From contig OX597815.1 in assembly GCA_951406725.2 (NCBI GenBank), positions 55,676,001-55,740,000 on the forward strand: 64,000 nucleotides of DNA, read 5' to 3'. The stretch is from Octopus vulgaris. Taxonomy: Eukaryota. The notes beneath the pieces are model-generated. The model saw nothing but the letters and a program-made list of their open reading frames with translations, was not told the origin of the DNA and did not search any database. The position numbers and the translations under genes are program-made. Positions 1 through 12,204 of the stretch are shown piece by piece (the stretch's first letter is position 1; every line of letters starts with the position of its first letter).

Positions 1-390
1 TGTCCGAATGATGTTGGCATCACCTTCAAAATGCATCCAAGGCTTGGACCACGTGCCATCCGTCCACAACAAAAATCTAAATCGCATCACATAACGACAA
101 TACGGCACAACTATTTCACCTCAATTGCACCTGCTCTCTTCAACATTACACCAGGGCACGTCAAAAAAGAAACTGACCACACAAAATTTAAGAAGTCTTT
201 GGACAAATTCCTTCAAACAGTACCGGACAAACCACCCACACCCGGATATGTCTCCGCAAACAATAACTCTCTGCTCGAATGGGCCTTGGTGCCCAAATCC
301 TGAACTGAAAGACTTCACCAGGTGGTGCTATTAAGTTAGACATGGCCTGGGCCAATACTGGCCAAAACCTTTCTAAGTTATTCTAAGTTA
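1..390 (+). mobile_element. 3' end of a CR1/L2-like LINE (ORF2 C-terminus, 3'UTR, short tandem tail)
   Basis: ORF 31-303 ends ...LFNITP...FKKSLDKFLQTVPDKP...NSLLEW, typical of the post-RT C-terminus; ends in (TTCTAAGTTA)x2. Confidence 0.6.
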
Positions 391-857
<467 letters not shown>

Positions 858-924
858 TACATATATACATATATATATATATATACATATATATATACAT
901 ATATACATATATATATACATATAC

Positions 925-995
<71 letters not shown>

Positions 996-1032
996 CATAT
1001 ATATACATATATATATACATATATATATATAC

Positions 1033-1091
<59 letters not shown>

Positions 1092-1143
1092 CATATATAT
1101 ATATATATACATACATATATATATACATATATATATATATACA
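858..1143. repeat. (TA)n/(TACA) microsatellite
   Basis: Direct reading. Confidence 0.98.
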
Positions 1144-1412
1144 TAATATCCTCCCGAAGAACCTGAGGGACCTGCATGGTGTAGATGCGGATGTCTTTAA
1201 AGTAGGACTGGATCTCTTCCTGTCAGGTGTCCCGGATGAACCAACTTCACGGCAGGAGGTGCAGATGAGGGTAGCTGCATCGAACTCTCCCATGCATCAG
1301 ATGGCGTTTGCTAAAAAGCATCCGTGAGGTAAAACCGTGCAGCAAACCAAATGGCGGTGCCCCAGCATGGCCACAGCTCATTAGCTGAAACTGGTAAAAT
1401 CAAAATCAAAAT

Positions 1413-1413
<1 letters not shown>
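1144..1413 (+). mobile_element. 3' end of a second CR1-like LINE
   Basis: Translates [33 protein letters not shown]...AASNS, aligning by eye with the 31-303 ORF; (AAAATC)n tail. Confidence 0.65.
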
Positions 1414-2268
<855 letters not shown>

Positions 2269-2269
2269 T

Positions 2270-2472
2270 TGGTGCAGGTGTGGCTGTGTGGTAACAAACT
2301 CGGTTCCAAAACACATGGTCCTTAGTTCAGTGTCTTTTGCTATAGCCTCAGACCAACCAAAGCTTTGTCAGTGGATTTTGTAGACAGAAACTGAAAGAAA
2401 TCAATTGTATGTATATATGTAAGTCTGTGTGTGTGTCTTTGTGTTTCTCCCTCATCACTGCTTCACAACTGG
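2270..2472 (+). mobile_element. tRNA-derived SINE (OK-like), degenerate 5' portion
   Basis: GTGGCTGTGTGGTAA head and body match the near-intact copy at 52483-52882 (-). Confidence 0.8.
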
Positions 2473-2473
2473 T

Positions 2474-2588
2474 TTCATTTTTCCTTTTTTAACTCCATCT
2501 TTTCATTCGTTTTCTTCACCCCCTCCCACTTTCTCTGTTCTTGTACCGAGCCTCTGTGTTCTGCCGTGTGTGGAAAATAAAGAAAAAT
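2474..2588 (+). mobile_element. 3'UTR remnant of a Tx1-like element
   Basis: T-rich tract ending CTGTGTT...AATAAAGAAAAA, like 26340-26440 and 29100-29160. Confidence 0.5.
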
Positions 2589-4250
2589 AGCGTTTTGGTA
2601 GTCTTTTTTTATTCCCTTAACGTTATAGACGCTGTCATACCATGGTTCCAAGTTCGCGTAAGTTGCTCGCTTGTTTTATGTAATTGTAACGTTATTCTGC
2701 TGCGAGTTTTCTACACTCTGTTTTTGCTGCTTTGCGGTGGTAGTGTTGGCGTTTCCCCTCGGTTGAAGGGAGAGGCGCTGTGAATACTGAAATGGACTAT
2801 AAAAGTCTTAGTTCGTCCCCTATGACCTCGTCCGAGGAGGACCGGAGAAGAAGTCTGGAGAGGATTGACGAGGTAATGGAAGAAAGGAAGGAAATTAACT
2901 TTGCAGCTGCGGCTAGTGATAAGAAAGAAGAAATCTGTATCAACAAAAAAGAAATACAAAAATACAAAGAAATGTTGAAGAGAGAAGAACAAGAGGTGAA
3001 GGTGTCAAGCTCCAGCGACAACACAAGAATTATCAAGGAAAGAAGTATCACATACAGAACCCGAAATCCAACAAGGTGGAGATAGTGACAACAGAACAAA
3101 TAGAAAAAGCACTAAGACCCATCTGGCTGCATATTACCTACCTTGCCAGGGGGTCGAAGTTCACGACGGTGAAGGTACGGTTTACCGGCGTGGTGATAGC
3201 CAGGTATCATTCCTCGACCTCCATCATGACAGACGAAGTAGTCCTACCTATCTACATGGGAAGACGTGCATCTAGGGTAAAGGTGAAAGGAATACCTCAG
3301 GAGGCGGACGTAAACTGGATAATAGCGGCAATTTTAATGGGTTTCGAGGAAAGTTTTACAATCCTACAGGCGACAAAGGTACCAGCGAAGAATTGGCTAT
3401 AGCAGACACTGGAAATGATAATCCAGGCTACCCAAGAAGATTTGGAGGAAATAGTCAATACCATAACGGTGGGAGATGAAGTGAGGCTTAGAGTTGTGGT
3501 GGAAGGCAGGAGGCCGAGATGCTACAACTGTGGACAGTTGGGACACATAAGGGCCAAGTGCTCCTCCCCATAGAAGGACCAAAAGAAAATCCAGTGAAGA
3601 CCGCGTCTCCGACAGTAGTAGCATCAAGAACTGAGAAGAACGGAAACGAAAAACCAGGAGTACAAAAAAATCAACAGAATGGACTGAGGTGAGCAGGAAG
3701 AAGAGGAAAAGAAGAAATCAGCGAGGAAGAACCCCAACCCATTCCCGCTCCACACCCCAAACCTCCTCCCCCTTTCAGACACCAACCTTCTTACTCCACC
3801 AAGCATGAACACAAATAATGCAAACGCACAACAGCCACAAATCCCCAATCCCCCACCAGAGAAAGGTACCTTATCGTTTTATACAACAGTGCAATGGTTT
3901 CAGTGAAAAAAGAAGTTGAGATGGTGAACTCTGATATAGAGGTGGACACGAAAGATTGTGAAGGGTTACACCTGAGTGTAAGGTGTTCCCTCATGTTGAA
4001 GGAGAATTATCACAAGTTAAAAGACAAGTACAAGAGAGATGTCTACTACACGAGAAGGGACGTCGGCCTGAACTCGTTACGACCTAAGGTAAGATCGAGT
4101 GAAAATTTCCCATAAACAATAGGAACGAAAGGTAGTTGTAGCCTTGAAGTTTTGACTCAGTTTGAACAATGATTACTACAGTAATAAGTGATATTTTGTA
4201 ATTGTGTAGAAAAAATAGGACAAAAAGAAAAAACAGCATGTAATTACGTA
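2589..4250 (+). mobile_element. Tx1/L1-clade ORF1-only element (decayed gag-like ORF1)
   Basis: Frameshifted ORF1 ~2792-4115: INFAAAA motif, YLARGSKFTTVKVRF, YMGRRASRVKV, zinc knuckle RPRCYNCGQLGHIRAKC; A-rich tract rather than ORF2 downstream. Confidence 0.8.
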
Positions 4251-4469
4251 TAATGTAATACTTTATTGCCTACCAAAGGCCAACATTGAAGGGACAGTAA
4301 GGTCTGAACGACTGAAGGTGGTGGGGTCTGAACGACTCATGGTACAACAAAAAGTTGACAGTTAAAAATTAATGACAAATTTGAATGCTTACACAATACA
4401 AGAACGATACAATGGAGTGGGGAACGTGTTCGAATTCGACCCCACAAGCCCCATACCACCGCTGAAACC

Positions 4470-6885
4470 TTTAGTTACCCTAATACGCTCATGTATACCT
4501 TTCATTCGTGTCTTCCATACTGCTTCTTTCGCTATAGCGACCACAGTGAGAAAACAAACCTTTCCTCAAAGAGGAAGGTGGAACAATCTTTATAATCGAT
4601 TCGGAAGGCAGTTGTACTCTTCCTAAACGTGACAGCAGCTGTTCGGCATAAACCCACATTTCCGAGATTTTCGGACACTGTACAATCGCGTGCAGAACAG
4701 TTTCACTGTTCTGCTCGCATCTTAGGCAAGTGGGCGAGCAAGAATGACCATGCTTTGCGAGTTTATCGCGAACTGGTAAGGCTCCTCAGTAACATTTCCA
4801 AGGCAAAGACTTTTGGAAATTATCTAAGGTCCCTGGCCCGAATGTCCTTTGGTACAGGCTGGCAAGTTGATTATCGTCGAAACCCAGGGTTTCCCCTAGA
4901 ATGTCATCGCACTTATCCTCTACCAACACTCCATAGAATGACGAAGCGGATCCTCCCCACCCGCTGGCATTACCCATGTGGGAGAGGAGCACGAGTGCCA
5001 GACGACGCTCGGCTTGCCAAACTCCCAACTTCGGTCTATACTAGATCCACGGTTCCAGTTCACTAAAACTAGTGAACCTCGGGAGTATCGATTTGATGAA
5101 CGGAGACCACACCCGTTCACCATCCAAGTAGAGCCAAAGATGCCTCAGCGCATGTCTGTGCATCATCAGCCAAGGCATCCCTGACCACCCTTTAGGGGTT
5201 GTTGGCAGCAGATAGAGCGCCTTATAAGAGGTTCTTTGCCCTTTCACAAAAACCGGAAGAACAGTCATTCCAACTTGCTTAGACACGAAGGTGGGGATTG
5301 TCGTGTATGGATCTGTCGGGAATGGCACATGTGTGTGCCTCCCCAACGAGTCCACCCACGACACGCGCCAACTTTCTTGCTTATATCTTGGCCAAAGTCT
5401 TCAGCTCTGCGTTAAGTAGAGTGACAGGTCGGAAATTATCAACTAAGTCGCCCTTGTTTGGGTCCTTTCTTAGCAGTATCACCAACCCCGGTATAAACCC
5501 ATTCTGCTGCCAGTTGGCGAAGACATGCCAGTAGGTGCCCAGATAAGTCTGGTGTACTATAATATAGCTCGTCGAGAAGACTATCAAACCCCGGCGACTT
5601 GCCCCCGCTGCAGTCCAACAAAGGTTCCTCCACAGCTGTTATCGGCCCTTCACAGCTTTCCACCTCGCGCCCCGAGAGATTCGACAAACCAGCAAGGAAG
5701 TCTGTGAGGTCCCTCCTGCACTCCAGTCCACCGCTCCGCCAGAAAAGCTGTGCGGAATGCTCTTGAAAGACGTTACACATCTCCCCAGGTTCGTTTACCA
5801 CATTCTTTTGTTGGTCCGTCAAAGACCTTATTGTAGCATCGTTTCCACGTTGGGTCTCTACCACACTGGCCCATCCAGCGGCTTTGATTCTCCCTTGTCC
5901 TATTGCACGTTACTTTGCTCTGACTATGCACCCCTCGTGTTTAGCCTCAAAGTGTTGGTTAAGAGACAATCTCGCCGCTAAAACTTGGGACACAGAGCCA
6001 GACCTCAGCGCCTCATCCAAAGCCTTAACTAAAGTCCTTTCTATTCTATTTTTCTTAACATCTAATAGACTTAACCTTAATGGCTCTATTGAGGACATAC
6101 CACCATTTGTTATTTATGATGGTTCCTTGCCAATGCCCTCTATTTCGATTCCTGTACTCCTCACAAGCCAAAAGAGACTTGTTAAGTTTCCAGTAGCCAG
6201 GACCCTGCCTACATAACCTATCAAAGTCAAACTTATAGTCGCATGTTTGTGATCACTGTAGCTGACGTAGTGAAAATGTGGACACATAGCTAAATTTTTG
6301 TCTTTGCACCTAATTATTATTCTATCTAAATAAGATCTAGAAGACCCGTCGCTATTAGTCCAAGTCTACAATGGAGCGTCCGGGAATTCTAGCAGATCGT
6401 TGAAGTACTGTTTTCCTCTCCTGTCCGGGTTCGAGTCAACACAATCTACTCGTGCATCGCAGATTGTGTTAAAGTCTCCTAACAATACTAAAGTGTGTGA
6501 CGTACCGAGAAAGTTCTCTAGGCTTCTAAAATAGTTAAACTGTCCAGCGTTCGGGGTAAAATAGACAACTACCAGCCTGAAGGTCTTACCACTGCTGAGC
6601 ATCACGTCAAGGACGACCAACCTGCCTTCCGGGTCGAATAAGATTGTTGTTGTCTCTGGAAACAGATTTTTCCTGAGCAGAACTGCAACACCACTCCCTC
6701 CTCCATGTTGGCATAGAGAAATATATTTCTCGTAGCCGTTTAGGAGAGAGGGAAAGACCTGCTTTGGTTTCCGCGGCAACTATTACATCCAATTTATGCA
6801 ACCTGAGGTCATTAAGGAAACAACCTTGCTTCCAGACTGATCCCAAGCTGCGTACATTTAAACATCCTACATTGAGAGTAGTCAT
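4470..6885 (-). pseudogene. Tx1 ORF2 (APE endonuclease + partial RT), disrupted
   Basis: ORF pieces 6607-6885, 6366-6779, 5910-6098, 5439-5864, 5381-5587, 5041-5364; RT core missing. Confidence 0.85.
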
Positions 6886-6944
6886 AAAGGTAGTGGTTTT
6901 ACCTGGAGTTGGAGATGGGGGGATGGTAATCCCATCTCAATCCA

Positions 6945-8172
6945 TTATTCCGGAGCTTGCGAGGTGTCTTTGACTAGGCCATCAAAGATCTGAGGAGAGA
7001 AATCCTTTCTCAGAGGGCCTATGTCGTGTTTAAATTCGATTTTTATACTGCTATAATTGGTCCTGTCAATGGTAAAAATTTTCAAGTCTTTTGGTGTCTT
7101 TTCTTCATAATTATTAAACACATCTGCTGTGGGAATCTGATTTTTATGGATCAGTCTGGAATTTTGAGTGTTAACTGCAATAAAATTAAGATCTAGTTGG
7201 GTGGAGAATGATGGGGGTTGGGAGTTTGTTTGTTTTGAGCAAGTTTTTTTTGCATGTGGGACTTGTAGGGTTGGGTTGGGTGTTGGATTTCCTCTTTTTC
7301 CTTGAAGTTTGTGTTTTCCAATCGTCGCTTTCCAGTTTGTCCTCTATCGTCTCCTCCTCTGCTGCATCCACTTCCAGAGAAGTCTCAGTTGGCTCTGGTG
7401 AATCTAGTGGTTTCTCGGGAGGTGAGGCACTGATGTTTTCTCTGGAGGTGGCTGACACTCGGATCTAATGTGGCCTTTTTTGGCCACATTTGTGACATCG
7501 AGGCTTCATCCCCTCGACCATTACGCGCAACTTATTATTTCCCAGCATTTCGAGTCCCTGCCCCAGCCAGTTATGGTGCTCTATAACTGTGGCTTGAAGG
7601 ATAGATATTTTATCCTCCAAGTCCATCGTAATGGCTGCCTCTAGCCAGGCAGCATCCACCTCAGATGGAATCTCTCCCACCCTAATCTTGGAAGTCCGTC
7701 TTCCAAAATATGTGTGCAGGAGCACCACTTCTGACGTCTTGAGTGATTTTGTTGAATATTGCCGGGCTTTGTCTTCTGATTTAAATCGTACCTTTATCGT
7801 GGCAAATTTTCTTCCCCTAGTCAGGAACGCCACGTCCTGTCAAACGGGTCTCAAGCACTTTACAACTGCTTCTTTTGAAGTAATGTTCATATTTTTTGTT
7901 TTCATTAAAACAGACTTGTATATTACTGTGCATCGCAGCGTGTTGTGGGTGATCTCATTGGGAGGGCTAACTTTATATTTTTGAAGTTCTTTTGGTTCAC
8001 AATTTAAATTTTTTATGGCCACTCCAGCGGCCGCAGCAAAGTTGATGACTTTTTCCGTTGGTTCAGATTTATTTAGAAAAGTTTCTTCTGTTGGCATATC
8101 CAGTAAAATAGTATTTTTCAAACCACGGCTCATGGTAGGTTCCGGTGATTTATCCATTGCAGAAATGGGCAA
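6945..8172 (-). pseudogene. Tx1 ORF1 (zinc-knuckle nucleic-acid-binding protein), frameshifted
   Basis: ORF pieces 7840-8172, 7465-7833, 7186-7458 plus a C-terminal domain ending at the stop near 6945. Confidence 0.8.
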
Positions 8173-8489
8173 AAACGCCCCACAAAAATGATAATTCCCC
8201 CTTCAAGCAAGGGGGAATCAAATAACTGTCGCAAGCAGTAATAGCAAGACTTTTCAACGTATAACAACAGTTTAACAATTTTTCAACAATAACAAAATAT
8301 AATTCACAGTTCGCAAGCCAAATTGAAAAACGAATTCTTGAAAATTTTGCTCACAATGTAATTGTGTATAATGGGATCCAACATAGAACTGTAATTATTA
8401 ACACGTTGATTAAACTTCTGCTACCTAATTTTACATATACCAACCTGTGGCAGGATATGAAACAAGCAAAAAACAAAAATGAAGAAACA

Positions 8490-8665
8490 TTAATAATAAA
8501 ATAAAGGAGTCTTCGACCCTGTAATTAAAGACTAATAACTCGCCGGTGATATCTTGGTTCAAATCCATTCACAATAAAGATAAAGAGAAATTCATACTGT
8601 TTGATACTGTGGATTTCTACCCGTCGATATATGAATCACTGTTGCATGATATACTGGAGTTTAAT
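8490..8665 (+). mobile_element. Penelope-like element RT fragment
   Basis: Translates VISWFKSIHNKDKEKFILFDTVDFYPSIYESLL (PLE RT motif F.D..DFYPSI). Confidence 0.75.
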
Positions 8666-8689
8666 TTAATTTTCTTCTTTTTTTTTCTT

Positions 8690-9345
8690 TCGTTTTCACC
8701 TTTCCCTTTTTTGAGATTTTAACTTACTCAGAAGTTTTAATTTTCTTTTTTTGTTGCTTAAGGACTATTTCTAGTTATTCTGTTTGTTTACGCTTTCTAT
8801 TGCTGATCAACCTCTTGGCGTTGGAATATCGAACAAGTCATAACAAATTTCCATTGATATTTCTTCTCTTTTTTCGGTATGTCTAGTTTTCAGCTGGTTC
8901 AAATGTCGTTTGTGCTCTCCTATTTAACTTTTTATTATGTACATCATACTGCTTATTCCTTTTGTCACTATACTGTCCTTGTCTTCCATTCTTATATATT
9001 TTGAAATAAACTTTATCTCCCACATTAAAATACTTTGTTGTGTTTCTTGGGTTTTTTTTTTTTTTGGTAGGTAAAAATTTATCAAAAATTTATTTTGTCT
9101 TCCGGGCAAGCATTAATTCTGCGAGCGACTTGCTTGAACAGGTGTTCGGGTTAGGTGTTACCCTGTAAACTATTAAGAATTGAGTTAGTGCTGCATCATT
9201 TCTTAATTCATATTCTGAATTTTAAAAATTTTATTGCTCGCTTAAATGTGTCTTCGAACCTTTCTGCTTGCTCATTTGATCTCAGGTGGTACGGCGGATT
9301 AGAGTTGTGATTGATTGCATACCTCTCACAGAAACTTTTTAATTC
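8690..9345 (-). mobile_element. Gypsy LTR retrotransposon integrase C-terminus and polypurine tract
   Basis: PPYHLRSNEQAERFEDTFKRA, HKRHLNQL, YDLFDIP; PPT-like AAAAAAGGGAAAGG then TG at ~8700. Confidence 0.8.
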
Positions 9346-9511
9346 ATACCCCGAAAAACTGTCTGCAAGCAATAATTCTGCAAGCAATAATAAAACTCTC
9401 GTTCAGAGATTTATTATTGCTTGCAGACAGTTTTTTGAAATCAGTGACAGTAGTTACTGGGAAAAACATTAAATAGATATTTGCAAACAGGTCCCCCTCC
9501 ATCGAAAACCG

Positions 9512-9570
9512 GTGATTGCCGTACGTTGACAAGAGGCAAATACCTCGAAACTGCAGTCCGTGCGTATCAC
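9512..9570 (+). ncRNA. Type I hammerhead ribozyme, U3:A8 variant (copy 1)
   Basis: CGTACG-TTGACAA-GAGG caaata CCTC-GAAA-C TGCA G-TC/CGTGCG; distal stem I GTGAT/ATCAC; predicted cut after 9558. Confidence 0.85.
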
Positions 9571-9877
9571 TTAGGTTTACGAGAGAGGGATGACCTCCCT
9601 TTGCAAATACCATAAGGGCACAGAAATTGTACCAAAAGCCAGCTGAAGATGATGATCTCCTGGGGCTAAAAAGCTACAGTAACACCCACCCCTAGTGGTT
9701 AGCCATATTCAGATGGTTAGTATACTTTACGTTGTCGAGGGCTTATTGTTTACCTCTCGCTCAGAGATTTATTATTGCTTTCATACCGTTTTTTGAAATT
9801 AGTGACAGTGGTTACTGGGAAAAACATTAAATAGATATTCGCAAACAGGTCTCTCCTCATCGAAAACCGGTGATTAG

Positions 9878-9922
9878 CGTGTGTTGACAAGAGACAATAA
9901 TCTCGAAACTGCAGTCCATGCG
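9878..9922 (+). ncRNA. Type I hammerhead ribozyme, U3:A8 variant (copy 2)
   Basis: CGTGTG-TTGACAA-GAGA caataa TCTC-GAAA-C TGCA G-TC/CATGCG; compensatory changes versus copy 1; predicted cut after 9916. Confidence 0.85.
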
Positions 9923-10144
9923 TATCCTTTAGGTTTTCGAGAGGGGATGACCTCCCTTTGCAAATATCATAAGCGCACAGAAATTGTGTCTAAAGCCAGC
10001 TGGAGACGATGATCTCCTGGGGCTAAAAAGCTACAGTAACACCCACCCCTAGTGGTTAGCCATATTGAGATGGCTAGTATACTTTACGTTGTCGAGTGCT
10101 TACTGTTTACCTCTCGCTCAGAGATTTATTATTGCTATATATAT

Positions 10145-10899
10145 GTAGTTATCCCATAAATAATGCGTTTTTTCCCCAGCTGCATAAAATAGGAGCATAT
10201 TCGGCATATTTTGATTTATTAGTTGAATAAAGATAACAACGCAACGGAAAGTGCGAGGAATATTCATGCAGTATATAGGGATCGGACAATAAGCGTAAGC
10301 CAATGTCAGCAGTGGTTCCAGAAACTCCGAGCCGGAAACTACAGCCTAGAAAACGAACCTCGTCCTGGAAGATGTGTAGAGCTCGACGAGGATGTCCTGC
10401 AAATCCTGGTGAAACAAGATCCCATCTTAACTGTAGAGGAACTAGCAGAGATGCTTGGATTTGGTCATTCAACCAGTCATTCAAGTCAGTGATAGAAGAA
10501 AAACGACCATCTTTGGTTTCAAGACGAAAGATGTTCTTCCTTCAGGATAATGCTCGGCCACATACAAGGCTGGAGCAGTTTGAATGGGAAGCGATGCTCC
10601 ACCCACCATATTCGCCGGATATTGCCCCGTCTAATAATCATTCATTCCGCAGTCTTCAAAATCATTTGGACGGCAAAAATATGAATTCTGTACACTAGGT
10701 CAGAGCAGTACTGGAGGAGTATTTTTCGTCACGGACAAGTGAATTTGGAAGAGGAGCCTTGCAAGCCTACCAGGTAGATGAAAGAGCATGGTGGAAAATG
10801 AAGGAGTGTATATATTAGAATAAGAAAGAATTTTGCTTATCTTAATTTTGAAAAATAAAAGAAGTACAAAAAAAACCGCATTATTTATGGAGATGACCA
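10145..10899 (+). mobile_element. Mariner transposon, internally deleted
   Basis: Imperfect TIRs around CCATAAATAATGCG; transposase HTH (QQWFQKLRAGNYSLENEPRPGR), QDNARPH, HPPYSPDIAPS; TA flanks. Confidence 0.9.
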
Positions 10900-10949
10900 T
10901 ATATATATATAATTGATGAAGGAAACGGAAGATAGATTTGCTACTAGTC

Positions 10950-11056
10950 TTTTTATTCAGTACGACGATCGTTTCGATTCATCCTGAAACTCCCTTATAG
11001 GTAGGAATTTGTGCATCTAATTGTGTTGCATCAATTTGTGCAGTTACATCAGGTAC
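10950..11056 (-). ncRNA. Degenerate type I hammerhead followed by AATAAA (PLE terminal-repeat-like)
   Basis: GTAC-CTGATGT...GAAA-C GATC G-TC/GTAC; A9 changed, stem II long and poorly paired. Confidence 0.5.
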
Positions 11057-11075
11057 ATGCATAAAGAAGATATAC

Positions 11076-11150
<75 letters not shown>

Positions 11151-11215
11151 AACATATGTATATATATATATATATACACAAACAAACATGTATATATATA
11201 TATATATATATATAT

Positions 11216-11340
11216 TGGCCTGTTCGCTTAGCCAGCGGAGTAGCGTCATTTGAAGGCTAAAACAATATGAAGCGCATTGTGACCAGCGATGTGTAGCAAC
11301 ATCTGATAGCCTGGTCGGTCACGGTGATCACGGTGATATA
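11216..11340 (+). mobile_element. 3' fragment of the SINE at 559-857
   Basis: Near-identical to ~745-857. Confidence 0.85.
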
Positions 11341-11362
11341 TAGATATATGTGTAGACACATT

Positions 11363-11411
<49 letters not shown>

Positions 11412-11521
11412 ATAAATAAACACTCGCACATACATATATATACATATGTATATATTTCGCCATGATAGATCGCTAGCCTCCAAACCTTTTCTATTTTCTC
11501 TCCCTATTTATTTCTGTGTTC

Positions 11522-11557
11522 CTTTCTGTCGAAGAGCGTAGGCTCGAAACATAAAAG
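11522..11557 (+). ncRNA. Minimal hammerhead-like motif (A6U variant, no helix III)
   Basis: CTTT-CTGTCGA-A-GAGC gtag GCTC-GAAA-CA-TA/AAAG inside a ~180-bp non-microsatellite block. Confidence 0.45.
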
Positions 11558-11680
11558 ACTTTCTCGCTTCCCGACATTAAACTAATACATCTGTTTGTTG
11601 TTTACACACCCGTCTTTGTGTTTTTTTTGTAAATTCTCAATATATGTATGTATGTATATATATATACATACATACATATA

Positions 11681-11741
<61 letters not shown>

Positions 11742-11783
11742 AAATATGCAAGTGCCTCAACTTAAGTCCCATATTCATCTGAA

Positions 11784-11873
<90 letters not shown>

Positions 11874-11926
11874 TACATGTATGTGTGGCGTTCAATCATA
11901 ATAATATATATAAAAAAATATATATA

Positions 11927-11969
<43 letters not shown>

Positions 11970-12204
11970 ATATCTATATATATATATATATATATATATA
12001 TGTGCATATATGGGTACAGGACAAATGGAAAACAAGACAAGTAACATAAAGAACCACCCTTCATTAGGTCCACCTACTCCCATCTTTTCCTCACGTGATC
12101 ATCTTTTCTTTTCTTTCAGTCTGTCTTACAGATCAGACGCATTCTTATGTATAATCGATATATGTATATCACACACACAAACATGCATGTATGTATGTAT
12201 GTAT

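Larger units (their letters stand above)
4259..8350 (-). mobile_element. Tx1-clade non-LTR retrotransposon, two ORFs, internally deleted and decayed
   Basis: ORF1 8172-6945 (INFAAAA, KPRCHKCGQK); ORF2 from 6885 with APE endonuclease (LNVRSL, LLGDFN), RT N-terminus (NFRPVTLLNAELK), C-terminal Cys/His region; 3' AATAAAG at ~4261. Confidence 0.9.
9395..10137 (+). mobile_element. Tandem repeat, two ~358-bp units plus ~25 bp, one hammerhead per unit (retrozyme-like)
   Basis: Units start ~9395, ~9754, ~10112 (CTCTCG.TCAGAGATTTATTATTGC); hammerheads at 9520 and 9878. Confidence 0.85.

Noticed and set aside
9645-9680. CTGAAGA in the tandem unit as a second + strand hammerhead
   Set aside because: Not conserved in copy 2 (CTGGAGA) and no downstream GAAA
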